Shown: positions 27,746 to 40,087 of the stretch, one piece after another
Layout: the number at the start of each line of letters is the position of its first letter
How positions within the stretch are numbered: position 1 is the stretch's first letter
Assembly (NCBI GenBank): GCA_050740315.1
Contig: JBOIDC010000006.1
Coordinates: forward strand, 2,596 to 66,595
Origin: Gammaproteobacteria bacterium
GTDB lineage: Bacteria; Pseudomonadota; Gammaproteobacteria; JACCYU01
DNA length: 64,000 bases
Direction: 5' to 3'
Made by a program: the position numbers and the translations under genes
Notes under the pieces: generated by a model
Told to the model about the DNA's origin: nothing
Databases searched by the model: none
The model's input: only the letters and a program-made list of their open reading frames with translations

Positions 27746-29128
27746 ATGAAAGATTCTGTCGGATACGAAGTCACGGGAGCGAGCGCACGAGGCTTAAGCG
27801 CGCTCGAACAAGGGTTGCACGAACTGCGCTGCTTCATCGGCGACCCGGTCGCCACGGTCGAGCGCGCGCTTGAGGACAGCCCGGAACTCGTGATGGGCTA
27901 TGTCCTGAAAGCCTATCTCCATCTGCTGGGAACAGAACCCGGCGGGCTGCCGGTGGCACGCAGCGCATATGAAACCGCGCAGTCACTTCCCGCCAACGAT
28001 CGCGAGCGCCGTCACGTGCAAGCGATTGGGCAACTCGCCGAGGGGGGTTGGCGCGCTGCCGGCCGGGCGCTCGAGGACCTCAGCGTTGAGTACCCACGCG
28101 ACGCGCTTGCGCTCCAGGTGGGGCACCAGATCGACTTTTTCACGGGTGATTCGCGCATGCTGCGCGACCGGATCGCGCGGGTGCTGCCGACCTGGGACAG
28201 AAGCATTCCCGGTTACCACGCGGTGCTCGGCATGCATGCCTTCGGCCTGGAGGAGACCGCCGACTACGCGCGCGCCGAAGCGCAGGGCCGGCTGAGCGTG
28301 GAGCTGGAGCCGCGCGACGGTTGGGGCCAACACGCCGTCGCGCACGTGATGGAAATGCAGGGCCGTCGCCGCGAGGGCATCGCTTGGATGCGCGCCAATC
28401 CCGATGCCTGGTCACGCGACAATTTCTTCGCCGTGCATAACTGGTGGCATCTGGCGCTCTTTCATCTCGGTTTGGATGAAGTGGAAGAAGTGCTGGCGCT
28501 ATTCGACGGCCCGATCTACGGCAAGGTCTCTAACGTGGTTCTCGAGATGGTCGACGCCTCGGCGTTGCTCTGGCGGCTGCATCTACGAGGCGTGGAGATC
28601 GGCAACCGCTGGAACGCCATTGCGGACAATTGGGCACCCGTTGCAACTGCCCGGAACTACGCCTTCAACGACATGCACGCGATAATGGCTTTCGCGGGCG
28701 CGGGTCGGAGCAGCGCCGCCGAAGCGGTGCTCGAAGCGCAGCGGGCTGCGATGGATGCTGAGGGCGACAATGCGACGTTCACGCGCGAAGTGGGCTACGC
28801 CGCTACGCAGGCGATCAAGGCCTTCGGTGACGGCAATTACGCCGAGACCGTTCGGCTGCTACGGCCTGTTCGGAATTACGCCCACCGCTTTGGCGGCAGT
28901 CACGCTCAGCGTGACGTGATCGATCTCACGCTCATCGAGGCGGCGTCGCGCGCGGGTCAGGATCGGCTGGCTGCGGCGCTCGTCACGGAACGTGCAAGCG
29001 CACACGGAAGCCCGCTGACGTGGCTGAAGGACGCAGATGCCAACGGACAGGCCGCGGGCTTGGAACGCGACGAGCCGGAATGGCCGTCGATATCCCACGG
29101 AGAGCCAGGTGTGCAGACGGCAGCATGA
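27746..29128 (+). CDS. TPR-like protein (TTC38-family-like)
   Basis: 460 aa, all-helical repeat pattern; family assignment tentative. Confidence 0.45.
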   Translation: MKDSVGYEVTGASARGLSALEQGLHELRCFIGDPVATVERALEDSPELVMGYVLKAYLHLLGTEPGGLPVARSAYETAQSLPANDRERRHVQAIGQLAEGGWRAAGRALEDLSVEYPRDALALQVGHQIDFFTGDSRMLRDRIARVLPTWDRSIPGYHAVLGMHAFGLEETADYARAEAQGRLSVELEPRDGWGQHAVAHVMEMQGRRREGIAWMRANPDAWSRDNFFAVHNWWHLALFHLGLDEVEEVLALFDGPIYGKVSNVVLEMVDASALLWRLHLRGVEIGNRWNAIADNWAPVATARNYAFNDMHAIMAFAGAGRSSAAEAVLEAQRAAMDAEGDNATFTREVGYAATQAIKAFGDGNYAETVRLLRPVRNYAHRFGGSHAQRDVIDLTLIEAASRAGQDRLAAALVTERASAHGSPLTWLKDADANGQAAGLERDEPEWPSISHGEPGVQTAA

Positions 29129-29206
29129 ACGTGTGTGAAAAAAGATCAGCGCGCGACCAGCCCAACAACGTTCAGATTACAAGTGCCAGACGGAGTAAGA
29201 GCGATG

Positions 29207-29620
29207 AAGAGACTAGCCATAGTCATTCGAGATGATGGATACGACAAGATACTCACTCCACTTACCTTTGCCTACGTGTTAGCGAAACAAGGCGCGGAGG
29301 TGGATATTCTGTTTGTACTCTGGGCTGTTCGCGCGCTTACGCCATCAGGATTGCGATCACTCAGGATCGACGGACACCACGCCGCAGCGGAAGAATGGCT
29401 GCGGGAAAAGCTGGCGCGTGACGGCGATCCGGTAGAAGTATACGACTTCATCAAGATGCTACGAGAGACGGGGAATGTTCGTTTCTACGGGTGTCGTCTT
29501 GCGGCTGCCACGTTCGAGGTCGAGGCAAAAGACCTTATTCCCGAGGCGGAAGGCATCGTGGACTCAGCCTGGTTCTTGAATGAAAAAGCCGCAAAGGCGG
29601 ATCATTGCCAGTATTTCTGA
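29207..29620 (+). CDS. DsrE/DsrF-like family protein
   Basis: [45 protein letters not shown] fits the DsrE/YchN-like fold pattern. Confidence 0.45.
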   Translation, partial: KRLAIVIRDDGYDKILTPLTFAYVLAKQGAEVDILFVLWAVRALTPSGLRSLRIDGHHAAAEEWLREKLARDGDPVEVYDFIKMLRETGNVRFYGCRLAAATFEVEAKDLIPEAEGIVDSAWFLNEKAAKADHCQYF

Positions 29621-29639
29621 GATAGAAGAATTTCGGAAT

Positions 29640-29819
29640 GGGAACGGCTGGACGCCCATGAGGCGCCTGACTGCACCCAAGTACGTGGGTAACGCAGTCG
29701 TTTATCTGGCAAGCGAGTTGGAGAGCTTCGTGACCGGTCAGTTGCTGAACGTCGATGGCGGATTGTCGATCATGAACTCGCAATCCCCGTTAGCTGTACA
29801 GCGGCCACAGGCTGCTTGA
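29640..29819 (+). pseudogene. C-terminal fragment of a short-chain dehydrogenase (SDR)
   Basis: PKYVGNAVVYLASELESFVTGQLLNVDGG is the SDR C-terminal consensus. No Rossmann or catalytic region upstream. Confidence 0.55.
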
Positions 29820-29880
29820 GCAAGAAGCGATAGAAGAGAACCATGCCGGGCCGCGTCGCTCGCGGCGCGTTCCGGAAGCA

Positions 29881-30897
29881 TCACATCCGAACCGCGCTGG
29901 AGTTCGTCGCCCGCGAGTGCGATCTCTTATCCATCTCCGCTGCTGCTACACATCCGGCAATATCGAAGATATCCGCCACCACGCCATAGCGCGCGATGTT
30001 GAATATCGAGGCTTCGGCGTCGGTGTTCACGGCGATGATGTTGGGCACGTGCTTCATGCCGGCCATGTGCTGCACCGAGCCCGAGATGCCCATCGCCAGA
30101 TAAACCTTGCAGTTGGCGACGGTCTTGCCGGACTGGCCCACCTGGCGCGATTTCGGCAGCCAGCCATTGTCCGCGATAGGACGCGAACAGCCGAGCGTGA
30201 ACCCCATCAGATCCGCCAGTTCCTGAAACTCCTCGACGTTTTCCTCCTCGCCGATGCCGCGCCCGATGGACAGCATGAATTCAGCCTGCGAGATGTCCAC
30301 GTCGCCGCCGGTTTCGGGTTCGATGTAACCGATGTGCGTGGTGCGGGCTGTGGTCTGCGGCGCATCAAAGCGCGTAACCCGCGGGCTGCCCGTTCCTTCC
30401 GCCGCCTCGAACGTGTTGGCGCGCACCGTGAGGATGACCGTCTCCTTGCCCGGGAAATCGACTTCCATGTGCAGCTTCTCGGCATACGCCGCGCGCGTGG
30501 CGACCAATTGATCGTCTTCATAGCGCACGGCGAACACGTCGGTCACGCACCCCAGCCGTCCGCGCGCCGCGACCACCGGCGCGTAGCCCCAGGCATCGAC
30601 GCTGTGCGGGATCAGAACCACGCTTGGTCTGCGTTCGCGGATTACTGCTTCCAGTGCGGCCTCGTAAATATCGGATTGAAAATCTTCCGTCGGCACGGCC
30701 GCCGCAATGACCTCATCGACACCGTCGACGCTCACCTGCCCCACGTACCGATCCGGGTCTTGCGCCATCACCAGCACCGCGACCGGCTGATCTTTCCCCG
30801 CCTTGAGCCGACTGGCCGCGGTGACCGTCTCCAGGCTCGCCGCGCTCAATGTCCCTTGTCGATGTTCCGCTACCACCAGTATTCCGCTCATGGTCAC
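29881..30897 (-). CDS. etfA: electron transfer flavoprotein alpha subunit
   Basis: Full-length EtfA pattern, including the FAD-binding C-terminal region (VYLAMGISGSVQHMAGMKHVPNIIAVNTD). Confidence 0.85.
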   Translation of the reverse strand: MTMSGILVVAEHRQGTLSAASLETVTAASRLKAGKDQPVAVLVMAQDPDRYVGQVSVDGVDEVIAAAVPTEDFQSDIYEAALEAVIRERRPSVVLIPHSVDAWGYAPVVAARGRLGCVTDVFAVRYEDDQLVATRAAYAEKLHMEVDFPGKETVILTVRANTFEAAEGTGSPRVTRFDAPQTTARTTHIGYIEPETGGDVDISQAEFMLSIGRGIGEEENVEEFQELADLMGFTLGCSRPIADNGWLPKSRQVGQSGKTVANCKVYLAMGISGSVQHMAGMKHVPNIIAVNTDAEASIFNIARYGVVADIFDIAGCVAAAEMDKRSHSRATNSSAVRM

Positions 30898-31517
30898 GCG
30901 CCTCGTAATTCTTTGATGATTTCGGCCACACGCGCCGCCTGTTCGGCGGGCGTGCCCTCGATCAGCTCGGCCTGACCTTTCTCAGGCATCAGCATGCGCC
31001 TGACCCTGAACAGCGAACCCCGCTCGCCGACCTCCTCGTCGCTCAAACCGAGACCGCGGGGCGACAACACCTCGATGGGCTTGGCCCTGGCCTGCTTGAT
31101 GCCGCGCAGCGACGCGTAGCGCGGGGTGTTGATGCCGAGCTGAATGGTGAGCACGGCAGGACACTCCACGGCAAGTTCCTCCTCGAGACCGCCTTCCAGT
31201 TCGCGACGCAGCTTCGCCGTGGTATCGCCGGGCTTGCAGTCGAGCTTCGACACCACCGCGACGTGTGGCCAGCCGAGTTCCGCCGCGATGCTGACGCCGG
31301 TCTGCGAGAACGAGTGATCGGCGGCCAGCGTGCCGGCGAACACCAGGTCCGCGCGCTCTTTCTCCACGACCTTGGCGAGCACGCGCGCGGTCGCGGCCGG
31401 ATCGGAACCGGTCAGCGCCGCGTCCCAGACGCGTATGCCCCGCTCGCCGCCTTTGGCCAGACAGCGGCGCAGCCCGTCATCGGCCTCCTCCGGCCCGACG
31501 TGTATGGGTATCCGTCG
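30894..31517 (-). pseudogene. etfB: electron transfer flavoprotein beta subunit, 5'-truncated (lacks about 45 N-terminal residues and a start codon)
   Basis: In-frame EtfB sequence (…IPIHVGPEEADDGLRRCLAKGGERGIRVWD…LPAVLTIQLGINTPRYASLRGI…) ends upstream at TAG 31518-31520. No ATG/GTG start is available before the ARVLAK GTG codon. Confidence 0.6.
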
Positions 31518-32580
31518 CTAACGTTTCGATCGCGGCATCCGGCGCGTCGGGTCGCAGCGCGACGCCGGCGCGCACCCACGGTTGGGAATCCCGCGCGAGC
31601 CGACAAAGCAGCTCCGCCGGGCAGGCGGCGTTGCGCGTCACGCCGCGGCGCACCGCGGGCGCAGCATCGACCACCAGCCGCCGCAGCATCCGCTCCGACA
31701 AATGCGCATTGCGGGCCACCCAGCGCCGCACCCACTCGTCCGGGTCGCTGGCCAGCCGCTCGAAGGTCGCGGGAGCCAGACCCTCACGCCGCGCCTCCAT
31801 GCGCCGCACACGCGCAGACGGATCATCACGCAGATCATCGAGCTGGGCATCCGGCAAGCTCAGATTGCACACGGCCGCGGCGCGCACCTGCGACGCCTCG
31901 TCGCTCAAAAAGCGTGTCAGCGTGTCGGTGGAAACCGGCCAGCTTTCTGCGTATCAGAACCTCCGGACTGCGCGCGGCCTGCGCTTGGATGTCGCTCGGA
32001 CAATGACGGTGCGCCGCCACTTCCGCGCGCAGATACAAGTCGTCCCTTTTCCACAAGCGGCGCAATAACTCGCCGTCCGCGTGCGGGTTTCGCGCGATAC
32101 CCTTGAGCGCCGTGATCGTCGCCTCTCGCGAAAGCGCGCGCAGCATGGTCAGGCCGGTTCGCGGATTCAAACACAGTGCGTGGCGCAGATCCGCGCAGCT
32201 CCGCCATGGAAGAGATTCCAGCAGCGTTTGCGTCGCGTTGCGGTGGCTGGCGACCGCACACAGCGCCGCGTGTGAGCCGTTGAAGTCAACAGCCTTGCGA
32301 GCACCGTCGCCGGCGTCGCCGGATGCCTCGCGACGCGCGCGCGTATCCTTGGATTCGTGTCCGTCGCCAGCGCTTCCAGGAGGGAACGCGGCGTGTAAGC
32401 GGCGCTGGCGAACTGCCGCTTGAGCTTTTGCGTGGCCAGCGCGAGCGACTCCAGTCCGCAGCGCGTGGCACCCCTGGCGAACGGGTGTAATGCGGCGGCG
32501 AGGTACGGATCGCCCCGCGCCAGGGCCAAATCCAGCAGTGAACGCACAGAATCGGCGACGTTGGGCGCGGACACATACAT
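31477..32580 (-). pseudogene. LRV/HEAT-like repeat protein gene split over three frames, fused at its 3' end to etfB sequence
   Basis: Three consecutive minus-strand ORFs (32580-32167, 32170-31835, 31908-31477) with repeats DPDEWVRRWVARNAHLSERMLRRL / NPRIRARVARHPATPATVLARL. The last ORF reads into etfB coding sequence. Confidence 0.45.
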
Positions 32581-32584
32581 CAGT

Positions 32585-34738
32585 TCACGATCCCGCCCCG
32601 GCAGCGGCGCGCGCCGACGGCTCGGCTTCGCCGAATTCCATGCACTCCTCGACCAGTTCGATGAGTTCCTTCACCTTGATGGCATTTTCATGGCCGGTGC
32701 TCTTCACCGAGTCCTCGAACATGTTCATGCACTTGGGGCAGCCCACCACGAACACCTCCAGACCGTCGATGCGCGCCGCTTCACGCATGCGGTTTTCCGA
32801 AGGTTTTTCGCGATCCGGCGGGTCCGCCATCCAGATGCGCCCGCCGCCGGCGCCGCAACAAAAAGAGTTGTCGCGGCTGCGCTGCATTTCGATGAGCTCG
32901 CCGCCCAGCATGCGAATGGACTCGCGCGGCGCGTCATAACCCTTGTTGAGCCGGCCCAGATGACAGGGATCGTGATAGGTCAGTCTGTAATCGAGTTTTT
33001 TCTTAAGCCGGATCCGGCCTTCGTCCAGCATGCGCCGGATCATGGTGCTGGCGTGCTCGATTTCGTACTTGCCGTCGAACTGCGGGTATTCGTTCCTGAT
33101 GGTGTTGAACGAATGCGGATCGGTGGTGACGATGCGCTTGAACTCGCACTGGCTCAAGGTGTCGATGTTGGATTCCGCCAGGTGTTGATAAAGCCCCTCC
33201 TCGCCCACGCGGCGCACGTCGTTGCCCGCGTTCATCTCGGCCTCGTACAGGATCCCGAAATCGACGCCGGCCGCGTGCAGGATGCGCGCGAAGGCCTGCG
33301 AGACTTTCTGGTAACGCGGATCGAACGACGCGAAGTCGCCGACGAACCACAGCACGTCCACCGCTTGCTTGCGCGCGTCCTTGATCTCGAAGCCCAGTTT
33401 CTTGGTCCATACCGCGCGCTTGCGCTTGTTCTCGCCGAACGAGTTGCCTTTCTTCTGGATCTGTTGCAGCGCCGTTTGCACGGTCGTCTCCATCTCGCCT
33501 TTTTCCACCAGCGTGCGGCGCATCTCCACGATCATGGGTACGTGCTCGATGCCCACGGGACAGATCTCCACGCAGGCGGCGCAGCTGCGGCAGGCCCACA
33601 AGGTGTCGGCGCGAATCTGGTTGACGCCCTCGCCCACGGCGATCAGCTTGTTTTGACTTGGGAGCCTGGTGGTCTCCAGCGTATCGGCGGCAAGCTCGCG
33701 CAACGACAGCACCAGATCGCGCGGCGACAAGGGATAACCCGTGGCATTGGCCGGACACGCCTCGTGACAGCGGCCGCACCTGGTGCACGCGTCCAGGTGC
33801 AGCAGGTGTTTCCAGGTGAAATCGGTGATGAGGCTGTAGCCGATCTTCTCGCCTTCGAGATCGGCCAGCGGCAGGCGCGCCACGGGTTTCGGATCGCGCA
33901 CGGCCAGCGACCCCATAGCGGTAAAAACATGCTTGACCTTGGTGTACGGGATCAGCGCGATGAAGGCCAGGGCGAGCACGCCATGGAACCACCAGGTAAA
34001 CATCCGCAGGTTCGCCGCGCCGTCCGGCGTGAGCGCCAGTACCTCGAACACATAGGCGAGTGATGTTCCGACCGGCGACCACCAGCGGTAATCCCATACG
34101 GTCGGGTCATCTTGCAGCCACAGCAGCCGCGTACCCTCGAGGATAAAGCCCGTGATGCCGATGAGGACCAGCAACCACAGAAATGCCCAGTCCTCGCGCC
34201 GGTAAAACGTGCGGTCGTAGTCTGGATCGTCCGGGACGCGGTCCGGTCGCGCGTAATCGAGCTTGGGCAGCTTGAGCCATTTGCGCCGGTACATCATGTA
34301 GATGAGCCCCACGATCAGGGCCAGCCCGGCGATATCCAGGATCAACGAAAACCAGAGATAAAAGTCGCCGTACCAGAAGTTGAAGCCCAAAGGACCTGTG
34401 ATGTCGTAGTCCAAGGTTATCGTGGCGGTGCCGATGAACAGCAGCACGAAGCCGAAGAAGATCAGCGCATGCATGTGGCCCGCGGCCGAATCGCGACGCA
34501 TCACCGGTCGATGACTGAGCAGCGCGCGGGCCATGTCCGCCACGCCGCGACCGGCGTCGAGCCACGTGAACGAAGCGCCGCGCCGATATTTGCGAATCTG
34601 CGCGTAGCAACCGTAAGCGAATATGGCGATGGCCGCGGCCGCCACCAGATAGAACACCACCACCATCCAGGCGGGAAAGGCCTGGAACAGGATGCGGGTG
34701 ATTTGTTCGGGGTCGTGCCGCGTGGGGTTCATTGGCAC
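32585..34738 (-). CDS. membrane-bound Fe-S oxidoreductase, DgcB/EtfD-like
   Basis: N-terminal NarI-like TM domain (DUF3483-like). Two 4Fe-4S motifs (CTRCGRCHEACP, CRSCAACVEICP). Two CCG domains (…HDPCHLGR…, …CCGAGGG…). Lies next to etfBA and the TMADH-like gene. Confidence 0.75.
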   Translation of the reverse strand: MPMNPTRHDPEQITRILFQAFPAWMVVVFYLVAAAAIAIFAYGCYAQIRKYRRGASFTWLDAGRGVADMARALLSHRPVMRRDSAAGHMHALIFFGFVLLFIGTATITLDYDITGPLGFNFWYGDFYLWFSLILDIAGLALIVGLIYMMYRRKWLKLPKLDYARPDRVPDDPDYDRTFYRREDWAFLWLLVLIGITGFILEGTRLLWLQDDPTVWDYRWWSPVGTSLAYVFEVLALTPDGAANLRMFTWWFHGVLALAFIALIPYTKVKHVFTAMGSLAVRDPKPVARLPLADLEGEKIGYSLITDFTWKHLLHLDACTRCGRCHEACPANATGYPLSPRDLVLSLRELAADTLETTRLPSQNKLIAVGEGVNQIRADTLWACRSCAACVEICPVGIEHVPMIVEMRRTLVEKGEMETTVQTALQQIQKKGNSFGENKRKRAVWTKKLGFEIKDARKQAVDVLWFVGDFASFDPRYQKVSQAFARILHAAGVDFGILYEAEMNAGNDVRRVGEEGLYQHLAESNIDTLSQCEFKRIVTTDPHSFNTIRNEYPQFDGKYEIEHASTMIRRMLDEGRIRLKKKLDYRLTYHDPCHLGRLNKGYDAPRESIRMLGGELIEMQRSRDNSFCCGAGGGRIWMADPPDREKPSENRMREAARIDGLEVFVVGCPKCMNMFEDSVKSTGHENAIKVKELIELVEECMEFGEAEPSARAAAGAGS

Positions 34739-34897
34739 CGGCTCGTCGATGTAGGCGGTTTGTCGGCAATGGATCGCCGACCTCGATCCTCTGGCTCAGC
34801 CCGCTGGAATCTTGAGAAGCCTCGGTCCGGCGGGTACACCGTCCCTGGCGTACCCTAGCCGAAGCACGCTGATCAAGCCGCTTTCGAACCGCGTCGG

Positions 34898-37102
<2,205 letters not shown>

Positions 37103-37148
37103 TCACCTGCTTTGTACGCCGCGCATCCGCGGCTACCCATAGAATTTT

Positions 37149-38264
37149 TTATTTGCCGCGCTGCCTTAAGCGCAGCGGATCGTAAAACGGCGGCTTCCAC
37201 ACGTGCGCCGCGCAGCTTACGTTCGGCCCGCGCACCTCGACCGCGGTTCCGCGCGCGGTGTACTCGAGTTTGATGTGAACGAGCGCCAGCGATTGCATCA
37301 GAAATCGACTGTACGCCGGCGTGGTCACCACACCGATCTCTTCTCCATCCTTGAACAGTTTGGCGCCTTCTTCGATCGCGCGGTCGCTGTCGCAGATAAT
37401 TCCGGTTTGTCTGATCCTTTCCTTGCCGTGCTTGTCCTGCAGCGCCTGCTTGCCGCGAAACTCGCGCGCGTTCAGATCCACCGCCCAGTCCATGCCGACT
37501 TCCCAAGGTGTGGTGTCGCCTTCGGGCATATCGAACGGATAGAACAGCAGACCGCCCTCGACGCGGCACAAGTCCAGACAGGTGAACGAGCACGGCATGA
37601 TGCCGAACTTCTCGCCTCGACCGAGAATGGTGTCCCACAACGCCACCGCGTCCCTCGACGCGCAGAAGATCTCGTAGCCGCGTTCATGCGAGTAGCCGGC
37701 GCGCGAGATCGACACCGGCTTACCGAAAAGTTTCGTAGTCTGGTGGTGGAAATACGGCAACGTGGCCAGCTCCATCTCAGCAAAGGATTCGAGCAACGCC
37801 AGCGCTTTCGGTCCCTGTACCGACAGCACGTGTACGTCGTCGTCGTTTGCGATCGTGACGTCCTTGCCTTCGGCGATCTCCCGCATCACCGTCTCGGCGT
37901 CGCCGTCGCCGTGGGTGGCGCGGTATTCGTCCGGGCCGTCGCGGTACACCAGAAAATCATCGGTGAGCGCGCCCTGCTCGTTGCACACACAGCCCAGCCG
38001 CGATTGCCCCGGCTCGAGTCTGGACATGTCCGCGGCCTGCATCGCGTTCAGCACGTCAAGCGCATCCGCACCCTTGATTTTGATTACCCGCAGACAACTT
38101 ACGTCCCACAGCCCCACGCGCGCGCGTACGGCCACGTGCTCGTCGTCGGGATCGGTGTGGTATGACCACGGCACGCCCATGTTCCACAGCGGCTGCTCGA
38201 AGCTGGCGCCCAGGGCCTTGTGTCTGCCATAGAGCGCGTTGGGTCTCAGCTCGCTCTCGCTCAT
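37149..38264 (-). CDS. GcvT-like aminomethyltransferase (folate-binding) family protein
   Basis: GcvT fold pattern (VGLWDVSCLRVIKIKG..., C-terminal barrel). First gene of the operon. Confidence 0.7.
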   Translation of the reverse strand: MSESELRPNALYGRHKALGASFEQPLWNMGVPWSYHTDPDDEHVAVRARVGLWDVSCLRVIKIKGADALDVLNAMQAADMSRLEPGQSRLGCVCNEQGALTDDFLVYRDGPDEYRATHGDGDAETVMREIAEGKDVTIANDDDVHVLSVQGPKALALLESFAEMELATLPYFHHQTTKLFGKPVSISRAGYSHERGYEIFCASRDAVALWDTILGRGEKFGIMPCSFTCLDLCRVEGGLLFYPFDMPEGDTTPWEVGMDWAVDLNAREFRGKQALQDKHGKERIRQTGIICDSDRAIEEGAKLFKDGEEIGVVTTPAYSRFLMQSLALVHIKLEYTARGTAVEVRGPNVSCAAHVWKPPFYDPLRLRQRGK

Positions 38265-38515
38265 CGCGTACTCCTGGTTTATGAACTTTCACCCGCGATC
38301 GCGGCGGCTTCAAACGCCGGCTGCGCGTATCGGCCGAATGGGACTAAACTCTGGGCGTCGCCAAAGTTTCCTGCATGATCGTCCCGGCGCGTTCGGAGCG
38401 TCAATCGCACGGAAGATGTACTCCCTAGGGAGTAAGCACGGGCACGGGAAGGTTTGCGCCGGCTGTGCTAATTTCTACGTAAGGATTTCTGTTATACAGC
38501 AGCTTGGGGCAGTCG

Positions 38516-39277
38516 ATGATCGAAGGCGTGTTGCTGGACTTGAGCGGCGTGCTCTACGTGGGCGACGAGCCCCTGGCCGGCGCGCATGAGGCGATACAAC
38601 GTCTGGCCGGGGCACGCGTCCCCGTGCGCTTCGTCACGAACACGACGCGCAGCCCGCGCGCCGCGATTCTGGACAAGCTCGCACGCATGCGGTTTCCGGT
38701 TTCCGATGAAACGCTTTTCACCGCGCCGCAGGCCGCGGCGGCGTACGTCGAGAAATCGAATCTGCATCCGTATCTGCTGATCCACCCCGACCTGCGCGGC
38801 GAGTTCACCGCGCATCCGCCGGAGACCTGGGATGCGGTGCTGGTCGGCGACGCGGGCGCCGATTTCACCTACGAAAACCTGAACCCGGCATTCCGGGTAA
38901 TACTCGACGGCGCGCCGCTGCTGGCGATGGGCTACAACCGCTATTTCAAGGAACCCGACGGCTACAGCCTGGATATCGGCCCGTTCGTGGCCGCGCTGGA
39001 ATTCGCCGCCGACGTGCACGCCAAAGTGCTGGGCAAGCCGGCCGCGGAATTCTTCAAAGCCGCGGTCTCTGAGCTGGGCTGCGAGCCGCAGCACGCGGTG
39101 ATGGTCGGCGATGATGCGGAGGCCGACGTCGGCGGCGCGATCGCCGCCGGATTGCAAGGCATGCTCGTCCGTACGGGTAAATACCGGGAGGGCGACGAAG
39201 ACAAGATCGACCCGCGTGCTGTTAACGTCGCCGACATCGGCGCCGCGGTCGACTGGATCCTCGCGAATCGGGCTTGA
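38516..39277 (+). CDS. HAD-IIA family hydrolase
   Basis: DLSGVLY (motif I), VTNTT (motif II), GKP...MVGDD (motifs III/IV). Confidence 0.7.
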   Translation: MIEGVLLDLSGVLYVGDEPLAGAHEAIQRLAGARVPVRFVTNTTRSPRAAILDKLARMRFPVSDETLFTAPQAAAAYVEKSNLHPYLLIHPDLRGEFTAHPPETWDAVLVGDAGADFTYENLNPAFRVILDGAPLLAMGYNRYFKEPDGYSLDIGPFVAALEFAADVHAKVLGKPAAEFFKAAVSELGCEPQHAVMVGDDAEADVGGAIAAGLQGMLVRTGKYREGDEDKIDPRAVNVADIGAAVDWILANRA

Positions 39278-39385
39278 GGTCAAGGGGTAGCCGCCATCGT
39301 TGGTCAACTGGCGCGCGTTACCGGGCACGCGCCACGGGCGCGGCAAGAGGCTTACGCCCCATTGCGTGGGCGCACACCGCATCGC

Positions 39386-40087
39386 TTATTCCCGCGCCTG
39401 CAACCGGTATCCAACACCCGGCTCGGTGAGTATATATCGCGGGTCGCTGGGATCGTCGTTGAGCTTCTGACGCAGACGCTGAACGATGATGCGCAGGTAA
39501 TGCGTATCCTCCATGTGAGCCGGGCCCCAGATCTCCCGCAGCAGCTGAGTCTGCGTGACGACCCTGTTCTGGTATTTGAACAGCAGCATGAGGACGGCGA
39601 ATTCCCTGCGCGTAAGACGTACATTTTGTCCGCGAACCGTGACGCGTCGCTGGCCGAAATCAACGTGCAGGTAGCCATCATCGTAGGTGCCGCTCGCAGC
39701 GCCGTCCGGTATTCCTGCTCGCAGCAGATTACGCACGCACGCCAAAAACTCCTGCATCCCGAAGGGTTTAGCGCCCTTGTCCAGCGCCTTGACCTTCTCG
39801 CCCTCATCGGCGCGTACCGAGAGAATCATTACCGGGACGGAAGACCAGCCACGCAGTTCCGCCAGCACTTCCTTGCCGTCCATGCCGGGCAGGCCCAGAT
39901 CGAGCACTACCAGATCCGGCGACTGGGTCGCGGCCAGCTCAAGGCCCTGCTCGCCCGTACCTGCCTCGACGACCTCGTAGCCTTGACTCGCGAGACTGAT
40001 GCGCAGCAAACGCCGGATCTGGGCCTCGTCGTCGATGACCAGAATGCGCGCCGCGGGTTGCGCTGGGTTACGGGTTGCCGCGCCCAT
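39386..40087 (-). CDS. kdpE: KdpE response regulator (OmpR family)
   Basis: REC (RILVIDDEAQIRRLL...VLDLGLPGMDG) plus winged-helix output domain. Downstream of kdpD. Confidence 0.8.
   Translation of the reverse strand: MGAATRNPAQPAARILVIDDEAQIRRLLRISLASQGYEVVEAGTGEQGLELAATQSPDLVVLDLGLPGMDGKEVLAELRGWSSVPVMILSVRADEGEKVKALDKGAKPFGMQEFLACVRNLLRAGIPDGAASGTYDDGYLHVDFGQRRVTVRGQNVRLTRREFAVLMLLFKYQNRVVTQTQLLREIWGPAHMEDTHYLRIIVQRLRQKLNDDPSDPRYILTEPGVGYRLQARE

Noticed and set aside
31263-32106. Plus-strand ORFs across the LRV repeat region
   Set aside because: Antisense to the minus-strand repeat ORFs, which show the periodic LRV/HEAT pattern; composition artefact.
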